From: an uncultured Bifidobacteriaceae bacterium
Lineage (GTDB): Bacteria; Actinomycetota; Actinomycetes; Actinomycetales; Bifidobacteriaceae
NCBI GenBank assembly: GCA_964451025.1
Contig: CAYVHC010000002.1
Coordinates: forward strand, 10,077-74,076
DNA length: 64,000 nucleotides
Direction: 5' to 3'
The notes under the pieces are model-generated. The model made no database searches. It had not been told where the DNA came from and saw nothing but the letters and a program-made list of their open reading frames with translations. Within the stretch, counting starts at the first letter, position 1. Each line of letters opens with the position of its first letter. A program made the position numbers and the translations under genes. This document shows positions 19,366-28,771 of this stretch, one piece after another.

Positions 19366-20583
19366 ATGATATGGGATTACGACGAACCGGTCGCCATTCG
19401 CTTCGGAGCGGGGCGCATCGCAGAACTGGCTGAAGCCATCCGATCGTTGGGTGGCACCACGTGTCTGCTCGTGACATCGCGCCACTTTGTTGACGATGGA
19501 ACGGCACAACGTCTCATTGACCAGAGCGAAGGCGTGATAACCACGGTGTTCACTGATTTCTCACCGAACCCGGATGTCACGCAAGTGGATGCCTGCGCGC
19601 GACTGATACAAGCCAAGGGCATTGATTCCGTTGTGGCGATGGGCGGCGGAAGTGCCATGGACCTTGCCAAGGCCGCCGCTGCGATAGGAGCCAGCGGAGG
19701 AACCATCACCGCATACCATGGCACCGGGGTGCCTGTGCCGCCCAAGCATCTGCCTCTTATCGCGGCACCGACCACCGCCGGCACCGGAAGCGAAGTCACC
19801 TGCGTTTCCGTGCTCACCAACCGGGCAGAAGGACGCAAAGCGCCCATCAATTCGGATGTTTTCTATCCCGCGATTGCAATAGTCGATCCGGAACTCACCT
19901 ACAGCATGCCGCCGCATGTGACCGCAAGCTGTGGCATGGACGTGCTGAGCCAAGCGATTGAAGGATACTGGAGCAAAGGGCACCAGCCGATCTGCGATGC
20001 GCTGGCGGTGCATGCCGCAAAGCTGGTGTTCCATTGGCTTCCCCGTGCCTATGCCGAGCCTTTCAATGCTGAGGCGAGGGCGAAGATGTGCGAGGCGTCG
20101 GTGATTGCAGGGCTTGCCTTCACACTTCCCAAAACCACATCATCGCACGCCTGCTCCTTCCCTCTGACGAACCTGTATGGCATCCCCCACGGCGAAGCAT
20201 GCGGCGTGACGCTTGACTACTTCGCCAGGATCAACGCGGATGCGCCCGATGGACGGGTGTATGACCTTGCCCAGTCCCTGGGGTTCGGCAGCGTGTCGGC
20301 GATGGCCGATGCCATCCATGAGCTCAAGGTGCGCATTGGGCTGCGTTGCGGCTTGGCTGACTTGAATCTCGATGATGATGATATCGCCGACCTGGTGCGC
20401 ATCAGCCGACATCCGAACCTCTATAACAACCCCGTCGAAATCACCGATGCAATGCTCGACACAATGTATCGAGATCTCGCTTCGCGCGATCCGAGCGATG
20501 GGCGCACGGTTGTTGGAGACTCCGTGCAGTCCCGTCGCCGTGAGGATGCGCTGGCCTGTGCGGGTGAAGGAAAGGGGATGTGA
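19366..20583 (+). CDS. tauF: Iron-containing alcohol dehydrogenase, sulfoacetaldehyde reductase
   Basis: GGGSAMD, PTTAGTGSE, DPELT, HACS...HG metal motifs; context matches the bifidobacterial taurine cluster. Confidence 0.82.
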   Translation: MIWDYDEPVAIRFGAGRIAELAEAIRSLGGTTCLLVTSRHFVDDGTAQRLIDQSEGVITTVFTDFSPNPDVTQVDACARLIQAKGIDSVVAMGGGSAMDLAKAAAAIGASGGTITAYHGTGVPVPPKHLPLIAAPTTAGTGSEVTCVSVLTNRAEGRKAPINSDVFYPAIAIVDPELTYSMPPHVTASCGMDVLSQAIEGYWSKGHQPICDALAVHAAKLVFHWLPRAYAEPFNAEARAKMCEASVIAGLAFTLPKTTSSHACSFPLTNLYGIPHGEACGVTLDYFARINADAPDGRVYDLAQSLGFGSVSAMADAIHELKVRIGLRCGLADLNLDDDDIADLVRISRHPNLYNNPVEITDAMLDTMYRDLASRDPSDGRTVVGDSVQSRRREDALACAGEGKGM

Positions 20584-21614
20584 CCATGACAACGCCATTC
20601 GATAGTGCGCAGCCCATTCTGTCTCGGGAATTTTCACACGAGCTTTCAGCGCAATCTTCCCGGGAGCCGGAAGCCGCCGCCGTTGATCCTGTGGACAGCC
20701 GCAGAGCAGAAAGGCGCTTGGAGACACGGCGGGCAAAGAGAACGCGAACCAAGGAGGATACCATGAAGAAAAGCTCCAATGGTGCACGAGTGCATGCACG
20801 TATGCGGGAATTCATGTCTTCGAAAATCTTCCAGGGATTCGCATCATTGGTACTCATCCTCGCGCTATGGTGGGCGGTCACCGCAGCAGGACTTGTCAAT
20901 CCGCTGTATCTGCCGTCCCCAGCGCAAGTGGCTGGTGCCTTCGTGGAAGCCAACAACTGCCATGCGATCTCCTCAGGGTCAAGTCGCATCGTGTGCGGCG
21001 AACAGCAGTACTTCATGTGGCAGCACCTGCTCATGAGCCTCGAACGCATTGGCGTGGGGCTGGCTTTCGCAATCATCGCGGGTGTGCTTGGTGGATTCGG
21101 CCTGGCATATGCGCAATGGGCACGTCGGATCTTCCTGCCATACATCAATTTCATCCGTGCATTGCCACCGCTGGGCTACATCGGTTTGCTGATCGTGTGG
21201 TTCGGCATCGGCGACACGACGAAAATCTGGCTGCTGTTTCTCGCGGCGTTCCCCACCATCGTGCTGGCGACAATCGAAGGCGTGGATGCAGTTGCTAGGG
21301 ATCGCGTCAATTCCGCGTATGCCCTAGGCGCATCAAAGGGACAGGCCTTTGTGCACGTTGTATTTCCTAGTTCCCTTCCTTCGATTATGAACGGCATTCG
21401 TCTGGCTGTCGGCTTTGCGTGGACGACTGTGGTGGCCGCCGAACTCAACAATGGCATTCCCGGCATCGGCGCCTTGGCATACCTTTCGGGTACCGAACTC
21501 AATACTCCGCTCACCATCGCGTGCATTCTCGTGATTGGCGTGGCCGCGCTATTGCTTGACGGTCTCATCGTCCTCATCACCAAGCTTGTCACGCCGTGGG
21601 TGGGCAAGGAATAA
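20580..21614 (+). CDS. tauC: Taurine ABC transporter permease (alternative start 20763 with AAGGAGG SD)
   Basis: LYLPSP, RALPPLGYIGLLIVWFGIGD, AWTTVVAAEL. Confidence 0.88.
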   Translation: MTMTTPFDSAQPILSREFSHELSAQSSREPEAAAVDPVDSRRAERRLETRRAKRTRTKEDTMKKSSNGARVHARMREFMSSKIFQGFASLVLILALWWAVTAAGLVNPLYLPSPAQVAGAFVEANNCHAISSGSSRIVCGEQQYFMWQHLLMSLERIGVGLAFAIIAGVLGGFGLAYAQWARRIFLPYINFIRALPPLGYIGLLIVWFGIGDTTKIWLLFLAAFPTIVLATIEGVDAVARDRVNSAYALGASKGQAFVHVVFPSSLPSIMNGIRLAVGFAWTTVVAAELNNGIPGIGALAYLSGTELNTPLTIACILVIGVAALLLDGLIVLITKLVTPWVGKE

Positions 21615-21619
21615 CCGGA

Positions 21620-21712
21620 TACACACCACGCATACCGCAAATCACACAATCCACAACACAGACAACACATAACACAGACAACACACGCAACACACAACAC
21701 ACAACACACGCA
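21620..21712. repeat. CA-rich low-complexity repeat between tauC and tauA
   Basis: Repeated CACACAA/CAACAC units. Confidence 0.75.
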
Positions 21713-21738
21713 AACCATCGTACAGATAAGGACTCATC

Positions 21739-22827
21739 ATGACACGGCATATCTTTTCTCAGCGCTTTTCATGGCATAGAGGGGCGGCTATGGCACTCGC
21801 AGCCGCTGCGGTATTGGGCACAAGCGCATGCGGAATGTCCACGGCAAGTGAAATCGCCGGAGCTTCGTCATCCTCGTCTGCTTCAAGCTGTCCGGTCGAT
21901 GTCAACACGGATATGACTGGCACCATTCGTGTCGGCTGGCAGATGATTCCCAATGCCGATCTGATCGTTAAAGACAAGGGATGGCTTGAAGCATGCATGC
22001 CCAACGCCACCATCCAATGGAGCCAGTTCAATTCCGGCGCGGATGTGGTGCAGGCCTTCGGGTCTGGTTCCCTGGACATCGCACAGATGGGCTCGAGTCC
22101 TTCGGTTCGTGCCGTGTCCGCTCCGCTGAATCTGGACGTGCAGGTCGTGTGGATTCATGATGTGATTGGCGATGCCGAATCCTTGGTCGCCAGGGATGCC
22201 TCCGTCAGCTCCATCAAGGACTTGGCTGGCAAGAACATCGCCACGCCTTTTGGCTCCACATCGCATTTCAGCCTGCTGTCTGCTTTGGACCAGGCGGGCA
22301 TGAGCACAAGTGACGTCAATCTGATCAACCTTGACCCCGACAAAATGGCGGCTGCCTGGACTCGTGGGGAAATCGACGCCGCCTGGGTATGGGATCCCGT
22401 GCTCTCCACATTGAAGTCCGATGGAGGCGCTGTGGTGATGTCCAGCAAGGATACTGCGGATCAGGGGTCGGCGACCTATGACATGGAAGTGGCGTCCCGA
22501 AGCTTCATCACAGCGAATGCCAGCGCGATGACAACATGGACGTCTGTGGAGAATTACGCGGTGGGATATATCTCATCGGATTCTGATGATGCTGCGGAAA
22601 GCGTCGCTGCCCAGATGAGCGTGGACACCTCCACGGTGGAGACCCAGTTCGCCGGGTATGAGTATCCCACTGCCTCCCAGCAGTCCACGATTTTCTCGAA
22701 AGAGCTTCCCCAGGTCTTTGCGAGCACTGCCGAGTTCTTGAAATCTCAAGGCAGCATTGATTCCGTATCCGCAGATTATGCATCTGCGCTGTATTCGGAT
22801 GCCATTGATGCCATTGCCGGTCAGTGA
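21739..22827 (+). CDS. tauA: Taurine ABC transporter substrate-binding lipoprotein
   Basis: Lipobox TSAC, FNSGADV, GSSP, ATPFGSTSHFSL, IDAAWVWDP. Confidence 0.9.
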   Translation: MTRHIFSQRFSWHRGAAMALAAAAVLGTSACGMSTASEIAGASSSSSASSCPVDVNTDMTGTIRVGWQMIPNADLIVKDKGWLEACMPNATIQWSQFNSGADVVQAFGSGSLDIAQMGSSPSVRAVSAPLNLDVQVVWIHDVIGDAESLVARDASVSSIKDLAGKNIATPFGSTSHFSLLSALDQAGMSTSDVNLINLDPDKMAAAWTRGEIDAAWVWDPVLSTLKSDGGAVVMSSKDTADQGSATYDMEVASRSFITANASAMTTWTSVENYAVGYISSDSDDAAESVAAQMSVDTSTVETQFAGYEYPTASQQSTIFSKELPQVFASTAEFLKSQGSIDSVSADYASALYSDAIDAIAGQ

Positions 22828-22899
22828 TTGGCATGGAGTTTGCGCAATAAACGAAAAAACGATTGGCAAGGTAATGCAGTAACAGCGTAAGGAGTCATC

Positions 22900-23778
22900 A
22901 TGATGGAAAGCATGGTCGTTGGCGCAGAACAACAGAAGCTGACGTGGTCGGAGATGACCGACAAAGCGCAGATGGAGCGTGAGGGGATTGCCGTGGACAT
23001 CCAAGGCGTCACCAAACGTTTCACCACGCAGCAGGGTGATGAAGTCACCGCTTTGAGAGAAGTGAACCTGAAGATTCGCGAGCATGATTTCATTTGTGTC
23101 GTCGGCAGGTCAGGTTGCGGCAAGACAACGCTTCTTAACATGCTTGCCGGCTTCGAGCGGCCTACCGAGGGGCGGATCATCGCTGCGGGGGTGCCGGTGA
23201 CCAAGCCAAGTCCTCGACGTGGCGTGGTGTTTCAGAAGCCGCCGTTGTATCCGTGGCTCACGGTGCGAAAGAATGTGGAATTCGGTATGCGGATGCAAGG
23301 CGTGCCGGCGAAGGAGCGGGATGCGAGAGCCGCGCACTTCTTGGAAGTCGTCGGACTTGCGGATGCGGGGGAGCGGCATCCATATGAGCTCTCTGGCGGT
23401 ATGCAGCAGCGTGCGCAGATAGCCAGGGTGCTTGCCACGGATCCGGATGTGATTTTGATGGATGAGCCTTATGGTGCACTTGATGCATTGACGCGGGAAC
23501 GGTTGCAAAATGAGTTGCTGCGCATTTGGCAGGAGAGGCGCAAGACCGTGTTCTTCATCACCCATAGCGTGGAGGAGGCGCTGTTTCTTGCGACTCGCGT
23601 GATTGTGATGACCGCACATCCCGGGACTGTGAAAATGGACATACCTGTGGACATCCCTCGCGATCCCACTGATCCTGACAATCCTCGTAAGGTGCGCGAG
23701 AATCCGCGGTTCCAGCAGCTGCGTGATGAGATCACTCAGGCGATTTATGAAAATTCGGGCGATGAGGAAAGAAGATAG
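22900..23778 (+). CDS. tauB: Taurine ABC transporter ATP-binding protein
   Basis: GRSGCGKT, LSGGMQQR, MDEPYGALDALTR, FITHSVEEA. Confidence 0.9.
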   Translation: MMESMVVGAEQQKLTWSEMTDKAQMEREGIAVDIQGVTKRFTTQQGDEVTALREVNLKIREHDFICVVGRSGCGKTTLLNMLAGFERPTEGRIIAAGVPVTKPSPRRGVVFQKPPLYPWLTVRKNVEFGMRMQGVPAKERDARAAHFLEVVGLADAGERHPYELSGGMQQRAQIARVLATDPDVILMDEPYGALDALTRERLQNELLRIWQERRKTVFFITHSVEEALFLATRVIVMTAHPGTVKMDIPVDIPRDPTDPDNPRKVRENPRFQQLRDEITQAIYENSGDEERR

Positions 23779-23988
23779 ACATGAGGGGAGGATGGCGATG
23801 AGGGGGAGGAGTAGGCGGTCGCCGATGGGTGACATAGGTGGGCGTCGGCGAGTGACATAGGCAGAAAGCCGCTAGCGGACGAGAATGACGTTGGAGCGTC
23901 TCGTTCGCTTGCGGCTTTTCTGGGGTGCGGGACGGTTGTCTCGTGTATCTGTGGGCGTGTGCATGTGCTTTGGGGGTGTGGGGAGTCT

Positions 23989-24861
23989 TCAGACGTGCAC
24001 GCGCGATGATGCGCAGGTGTCGTTGATAAGAGTCGGCAAGTCGGTGCGGTGAGCGTCCGGATGGATGATGGCAGTGGGGTCGGCCAGTGCGGAAACAATC
24101 GTCAGCAACCGACGTGCTTCCTCAGCTTCTTTTCTTGATGATATGGCTCGCCCGTTCGCGGCAACCAACGACAGCACGAGCACATGTCCGGCTTCGCGGA
24201 TGAGCCGTGATTGAACAACGCCTGTCGAACGTGAATCGAGCACGGCATCGTCTTCAGACAATCCGGCGATAACCAGGCGATCGTCGTCGAACAGCAGTGA
24301 TTCGAAACTGTCCAAGCCAACGGCAGTGGCGACATGGATGTCATCGATGATGCAAGTCAGGTCGCCGAGCATTGAACAGTCTGCCAAATGTTGCGCGACT
24401 GCTGTTCCTTCAACCCCAACGGGCAGCGTGACCAGTATCGTTCCGCTGCGTCCTGGGGCGCTTCGCAATGTGCGGGCGATGTCGTGTTTGCATGCGCAGG
24501 TGAGGCAACAGTCATCCAAGGATGATGTCGTGGAGCGGCCGCCTTGTAGGCCGGCGCAGTCGTCAGGGGTGAGACAACCGGGGCCTTGGATGGTGCGGAT
24601 GATGGACAGACCTGAGACTGAGACGGGATTGGGGTCGGGGGCAACGTCATAGGTGATGGAGGTCGCCGATGGCAGTGAGTCCATCAGGGAGAACGTGACC
24701 GCGTCGATGGTGAGGCGGTCTGCGCCGGTGAGCAGCACGAGGCTGGTGTGCGGGGTGCTATTGCCGGTGTTGTGGTCGTTGTTGGTGTTGCCGGCGCCGT
24801 TGTTTTCTTGTCCATTGTTTTCGGTGTGGCTCCATGAGGGCATTGATGGGTGGTGCGCCAT
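23989..24861 (-). CDS. CobW/COG0523-like protein with degenerate P-loop (Mrf-like)
   Basis: DDCCLTC metal motif, divergent from C- ribosomal protein operon; GAAAGG SD before ATG 24861. Confidence 0.65.
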   Translation of the reverse strand: MAHHPSMPSWSHTENNGQENNGAGNTNNDHNTGNSTPHTSLVLLTGADRLTIDAVTFSLMDSLPSATSITYDVAPDPNPVSVSGLSIIRTIQGPGCLTPDDCAGLQGGRSTTSSLDDCCLTCACKHDIARTLRSAPGRSGTILVTLPVGVEGTAVAQHLADCSMLGDLTCIIDDIHVATAVGLDSFESLLFDDDRLVIAGLSEDDAVLDSRSTGVVQSRLIREAGHVLVLSLVAANGRAISSRKEAEEARRLLTIVSALADPTAIIHPDAHRTDLPTLINDTCASSRVHV

Positions 24862-24922
24862 GAATCTGCCTTTCTGTGATTGTGTGGCTGCGCTGTAGTG
24901 CGATCTCGCCGTCGCAAAATCC

Positions 24923-25010
24923 TGCAGTGATGGAATCTCGCAGTGGTGGAATCCCACAGTGTGATGGGATCCCACAGTGTGATGGGATCCAGCAGTGGCG
25001 TGGTCTTGCA
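24923..25010. repeat. 16-18-bp degenerate tandem repeat
   Basis: CAGTGTGATGGGATCCCA-like units. Confidence 0.75.
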
Positions 25011-25049
25011 GTGACGCGATCTTGTGGTTTGTTCGCTTGTAGTGATCAT

Positions 25050-25079
25050 TTGACAATAATGATTCTCATTATCTATAGT
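25050..25079 (+). promoter_or_regulatory. Promoter of ribosomal paralog operon with embedded Zur/Fur-family operator
   Basis: TTGACA (25050)-18 nt-TATAGT (25074); spacer is the palindrome ATAATGATTCTCATTAT (25056-25072). Confidence 0.85.
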
Positions 25080-25086
25080 GGCGTGC

Positions 25087-25344
25087 ATGAGCAAATTTTG
25101 TCAAATCCTCGGCACGCGTGCCGGCAAGGGCAACTCCATCTCCCACTCGCATCACAAAACGCGGCGTCGGTTCAAACCGAACCTGCAGCGCAAACGGTAT
25201 GCAGTGCCTTCGCTGGGCCGCAGTATCGTCCTCACGGTGACTCCACGTGGTATGAAAACCATCGACAGAAAAGGAATAGAGGCAGTCGTCGCCCAATTGA
25301 TTGCACGCGGAGATATTCGAATTGATGCGCAAATCTCTGATTGA
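25087..25344 (+). CDS. rpmB: 50S ribosomal protein L28, zinc-independent paralog
   Basis: MSKFCQILG...[20 protein letters not shown]; no second CxxC. Confidence 0.93.
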   Translation: MSKFCQILGTRAGKGNSISHSHHKTRRRFKPNLQRKRYAVPSLGRSIVLTVTPRGMKTIDRKGIEAVVAQLIARGDIRIDAQISD

Positions 25345-25487
25345 ATGCACTGAGCTGGCCGCTTTCTTCCGCGTGCAAGCAGAAACGAGCACGTAGCGTC
25401 ATGCCGGACGTGGGAAATCTTCCGCGTGTGCGGAATGAACGGAAAACCAGAAAGAAACCAGAAAAATCAGAAAGATAGGAGGCCTTC

Positions 25488-25655
25488 ATGGCCAAAAACA
25501 CCAGTATTCGAACGGTCATCACGCTGCGTTCCGCTGCAGGGACCGGATCGACCTATACGACCACCAAGAACCGTCGCAACACCCCCGATCGTCTCGAACT
25601 TCTCAAATTCGATCCAGTGCTGCATAGGCGCGTCATCTTCCGGGAGGTTCGTTGA
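25488..25655 (+). CDS. rpmG: 50S ribosomal protein L33, zinc-independent paralog
   Basis: Hand translation [55 protein letters not shown]; AGGAGG SD; too short for the ORF track. Confidence 0.95.
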   Translation: MAKNTSIRTVITLRSAAGTGSTYTTTKNRRNTPDRLELLKFDPVLHRRVIFREVR

Positions 25656-25657
25656 AT

Positions 25658-25963
25658 ATGGCCAAGCGCAGCAGCATCGCCAAGCAGCAACAGCGGGAAC
25701 GTGTCGTTGCGGCATACGCCGAGCGCCGTGCCCAATATCGTCGTGATTCGGTGAACCCGCATCTGAGTCCGCAGGAACGTGCGGAGGCGATGCGTCGGTT
25801 GCATGCGCTCCCGCGGGATGCCAGTCCCACGCGATTGCGCAATCGGGATTGCATTGACGGTCGTCCGCGTGCATTCAACCGACGTTTCGGTCTGTCGCGT
25901 ATCAATCTGCGGGATAAGGCGCATCGTGGCGAACTGCCGGGTGTGGTGAAATCCAGCTGGTGA
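25658..25963 (+). CDS. rpsN: 30S ribosomal protein S14, long zinc-independent form
   Basis: MAKRSSIAK...[13 protein letters not shown]...[11 protein letters not shown], 101 aa. Confidence 0.95.
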   Translation: MAKRSSIAKQQQRERVVAAYAERRAQYRRDSVNPHLSPQERAEAMRRLHALPRDASPTRLRNRDCIDGRPRAFNRRFGLSRINLRDKAHRGELPGVVKSSW

Positions 25964-25982
25964 TGGGTGGCCGTGGGGGAAC

Positions 25983-26210
25983 TCTGCGGAAGACCCAGCA
26001 GGGACGCTCAGCAGGAAAAGCTCGGCAGGAAAAGCTCAGCCGGGAGGAACTTGGCTATTGGGACGAACCTGACTTGGGACTGATTGGAGACCTGACAAGC
26101 ACAAACGTATCTGACCAAACACGGCTTGGAAGAGAGCGGGCTTGGAAAACTGCTTGGACAGTGGGCTCGAAAAACAACGGCTTGGACAGCGGGCTCGAAA
26201 AACAACAGAA
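25983..26210. repeat. Degenerate 14-bp and 27-bp tandem repeats between rpsN and rpmE2
   Basis: CRGCAGGAAAAGCT x2; GCTTGGACAGYGGGCTCGAAAAACAAC x2. Confidence 0.75.
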
Positions 26211-26223
26211 AGGTAATTGCAAT

Positions 26224-26484
26224 ATGAAGCCTGACATTCATCCGATTTACGGACCGATTGCATTCCGCGACCAGACGGCGGGAACGTTGTTTCTCATGCG
26301 TTCCACGCTTGCGGCGCGGGCGGATCAGTTGCCTTCCGTCACATTGGCGGATGGGATGACCTACCCGTTGGTCACCGCGGATGTGACCTGTGATTCTCAT
26401 CCGTTCTACACCGGTAAGTCGGTTGTCGTGGACTCCGCAGGGCAGGTGCAGCGCTTCCGCAGAAGATATCGCCTGGACGGGTGA
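26224..26484 (+). CDS. rpmE2: 50S ribosomal protein L31 type B
   Basis: MKPDIHPIY...SHPFYTGK...DSAGQVQRFRRRY; GAAAGG SD. Confidence 0.93.
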   Translation: MKPDIHPIYGPIAFRDQTAGTLFLMRSTLAARADQLPSVTLADGMTYPLVTADVTCDSHPFYTGKSVVVDSAGQVQRFRRRYRLDG

Positions 26485-26584
26485 CCGCTGATCTTTGGCG
26501 TGATGACGCGATTTTGGGTATCGCCTGTCATCTTGAAGTCGTCAGAATCGCCGGATTCCACCGCGGCGTTCCTCAGTGGCGTTC

Positions 26585-26815
26585 TTTAAGGAGTTCTTTG
26601 AGGGAGTTTTGTGAGGGAGTTTTGTGAGGGAGTTTGTGGGATTTCTTGGGCGGAGTCCTTGGCGGGTTCACGGAGGGATTTTCTCGGAGGGATTTCTCAG
26701 GATCCTTTTGGAGCGGGTTCCTTGATGGAATTCCTTGACAGGATTTTTTGGCGGAATTTCTTGACAAAACGTCTCGGTGGAATTCCCCTGACGAAATGTC
26801 CCAGCGCAATTCATC
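26585..26815. repeat. About 13-bp period degenerate tandem array between rpmE2 and rpmJ
   Basis: TGAGGGAGTTTTG-like x3, then GCGGAGTCCTTG / ATGGAATTCCTTG / GCGGAATTTCTTG-type units. Confidence 0.8.
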
Positions 26816-26844
26816 AATTCAGGAAGAAGAAAGCAGTCATCAAT

Positions 26845-26967
26845 ATGAAAGTCAAATCATCGGTGCGCTCGCTGCTTCGCAAAGACGGTTCAATCGTCGT
26901 GCGCAGGCGTGGTCACATTTATGTCATCAACAAAAAGAATCCGCGATGGAAAGCGAGGCAAGGCTGA
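26845..26967 (+). CDS. rpmJ: 50S ribosomal protein L36 type B (zinc-independent)
   Basis: [10 protein letters not shown]...[23 protein letters not shown]. Confidence 0.95.
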   Translation: MKVKSSVRSLLRKDGSIVVRRRGHIYVINKKNPRWKARQG

Positions 26968-27134
26968 TGGCGACACCGAAATATCGCAAATCGCGTTCAC
27001 GGACGCGCATCCGGAGGTCGCAGTGGAAAACCACTCCTGCGCAACTGGTGAATGTGACTCTGCCCGACGGCAGCGTTGTGAGAGTGCCACAGCGACTTGC
27101 TGCGACTGCCCGGCGCGGATACCCATTGCATTGA
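26967..27134 (+). CDS. rpmF: 50S ribosomal protein L32, cysteine-free paralog
   Basis: [21 protein letters not shown]; TGATG overlap with rpmJ. Confidence 0.92.
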   Translation: MATPKYRKSRSRTRIRRSQWKTTPAQLVNVTLPDGSVVRVPQRLAATARRGYPLH

Positions 27135-27138
27135 TCTT

Positions 27139-27185
27139 GTGTGCTTGCCTGTGCACGCCATGCTAACGTGCACAGGCAAGCACAC
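27139..27185. terminator. Hairpin after rpmF
   Basis: 19-bp perfect stem GTGTGCTTGCCTGTGCACG / CGTGCACAGGCAAGCACAC. Confidence 0.75.
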
Positions 27186-27289
27186 GGATATGGCACGTGG
27201 CATACGCATGCCCCCACGCACGGGCATGTTGGGCGTGGGGCGTGATGCGCATGGGCGCGGCGCATGCACGACATGCACGGGCATTGTGT

Positions 27290-27466
27290 GCATCTCACGT
27301 CTCGGCATTCTTGGCTCCGCGCCTGGCCATCTCACGTCTCGGCGTATCTTGGCCTCGCGCCTGATCACCTTGCGCCTTGGCATTCTTGGCTCCGCGCCTG
27401 GTTACCTCATGCCTTGGTCAATCTCATGCCTTGGCCATCTCTCACTTGGTCCACCTCACACCTTGA
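27290..27466. repeat. Degenerate tandem repeat (about 37-bp units decaying to about 16-bp units)
   Basis: CATCTCACGTCTCGGC x2, CATTCTTGGCTCCGCGCCTGG x2, CTCATGCCTTGG x2. Confidence 0.75.
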
Positions 27467-28640
27467 TATGCAATTCTGCGAGACTGCCAAGCAGTCCTTT
27501 GATGATGTTTTCTCTGTCGTCGGAACTGAGAGGTTCTCGGAACGACATTCTTAATGCGGATTTTGCTTCCGTCTCGCTCAGCCCCATTGCCAACAGCGTG
27601 GAGGGGGCTTTGCTTCTGCCTATGGCGCATGCTGATCCGGATGACACTTCAATGCCTCTGGTGTCTAGGTCGACAAGCAATGCTTCGGCATTGATACCGG
27701 GGAACACGAACGATGCGTGACCGGGAAGCCGTGAGTGCGGATCACCGGTGAGACGAGCGAAAGGAACGGTGCGCAACACGTCGTTGATGAGTTCGTCGCG
27801 AGATGATTCCAAAGATGGAATCATGGCAGGCATGCGGCTGCATGCTTCTTGCAAGGCGACCGCCAGACCGACTGCCCCGGCAACATTGGGCGTGCCGGAT
27901 CTCAGTCCGCTTTCTTGACCGCCGCCGCTGATGAGCGGTTCCATGCCCACTCGGCTTCTTTTACACAGGATTCCCAGTCCCTTGGGCGCGCCAAATTTAT
28001 GTCCGGATGCTGTGAGGGTGTCCGCGTCGAGGTCGTGGAAATCAACGGGAATAGTACCCGCGGCCTGCACCGCATCCACGTGCACCGGCACTCCAGCGTC
28101 ATGGCAGATCCGCACTGCTTCCTTTACGGGTTCTATCGTGCCCACTTCGTTGTTTGCCATCATGATGCAGGCGAGCGCGGCACCTTTATGTGCTTCCTTT
28201 TTCAGCGCTTCGAGGTCTATGCGTGCCTGAGCGTCTACGGGAATGCGCACTACGTCGAATCCAAAGAAGTCGTGCAACCATTGGGTGGATTCGGCGACGG
28301 CGGGATGTTCCACTGCAGAGATGAGTATGCGTCTGGAGCGCGAATCGCCGGATGCATTACCGTGATGGGCATGGCTATTTCGCACATGCGCCAGTGCAAT
28401 GCCTTTGATGGCAAGGTTGTCGGATTCCGTGCCGCCTGATGTGAAGATAATTTCGTTGGAACGCGATCCGAGGTTCTGCGCGATGGATTCGCGTGCCGCT
28501 GACAATGCGCGGGCGGCGGTTTTGCCATCTGTGTGGACGCTCGAGGGATTCGCATACGCCTGCGTGAGGAACGGAATCATGGCTTCGATGACAGTGCCGC
28601 TGACACCGTCGCTGGCAGCGGCATCCAAATACAATGTCAT
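27456..28640 (-). CDS. iscS: Cysteine desulfurase (IscS/NifS, nad-associated)
   Basis: YLDAAAS, ANPSS, FTSGGTESDN, HVDAVQ, SGHKFG, SSGSAC. Confidence 0.92.
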   Translation of the reverse strand: MTLYLDAAASDGVSGTVIEAMIPFLTQAYANPSSVHTDGKTAARALSAARESIAQNLGSRSNEIIFTSGGTESDNLAIKGIALAHVRNSHAHHGNASGDSRSRRILISAVEHPAVAESTQWLHDFFGFDVVRIPVDAQARIDLEALKKEAHKGAALACIMMANNEVGTIEPVKEAVRICHDAGVPVHVDAVQAAGTIPVDFHDLDADTLTASGHKFGAPKGLGILCKRSRVGMEPLISGGGQESGLRSGTPNVAGAVGLAVALQEACSRMPAMIPSLESSRDELINDVLRTVPFARLTGDPHSRLPGHASFVFPGINAEALLVDLDTRGIEVSSGSACAIGRSKAPSTLLAMGLSETEAKSALRMSFREPLSSDDRENIIKGLLGSLAELHIKV

Positions 28641-28771
28641 GATGTTCGCCTTTCGCGGTTGTTGTGCGGTGCTCCGGGAACATCGCACGGCATGGGGCCG
28701 GTTTGGAAGAACCGATGGGGTGGGTATGACGGAGAGGATGTGGCAGGGTAGGCGTAACAGTGATGGAGCTG

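Noticed and set aside
25960-26223. N-terminal extensions of L31, and similarly L36 and L32, shown in the ORF track
   Set aside because: They translate intergenic tandem repeats; family-typical starts are at 26224, 26845 and 26967
27290-27466. About 37-bp repeats as a CRISPR array
   Set aside because: Units are head-to-tail without unique spacers and decay progressively
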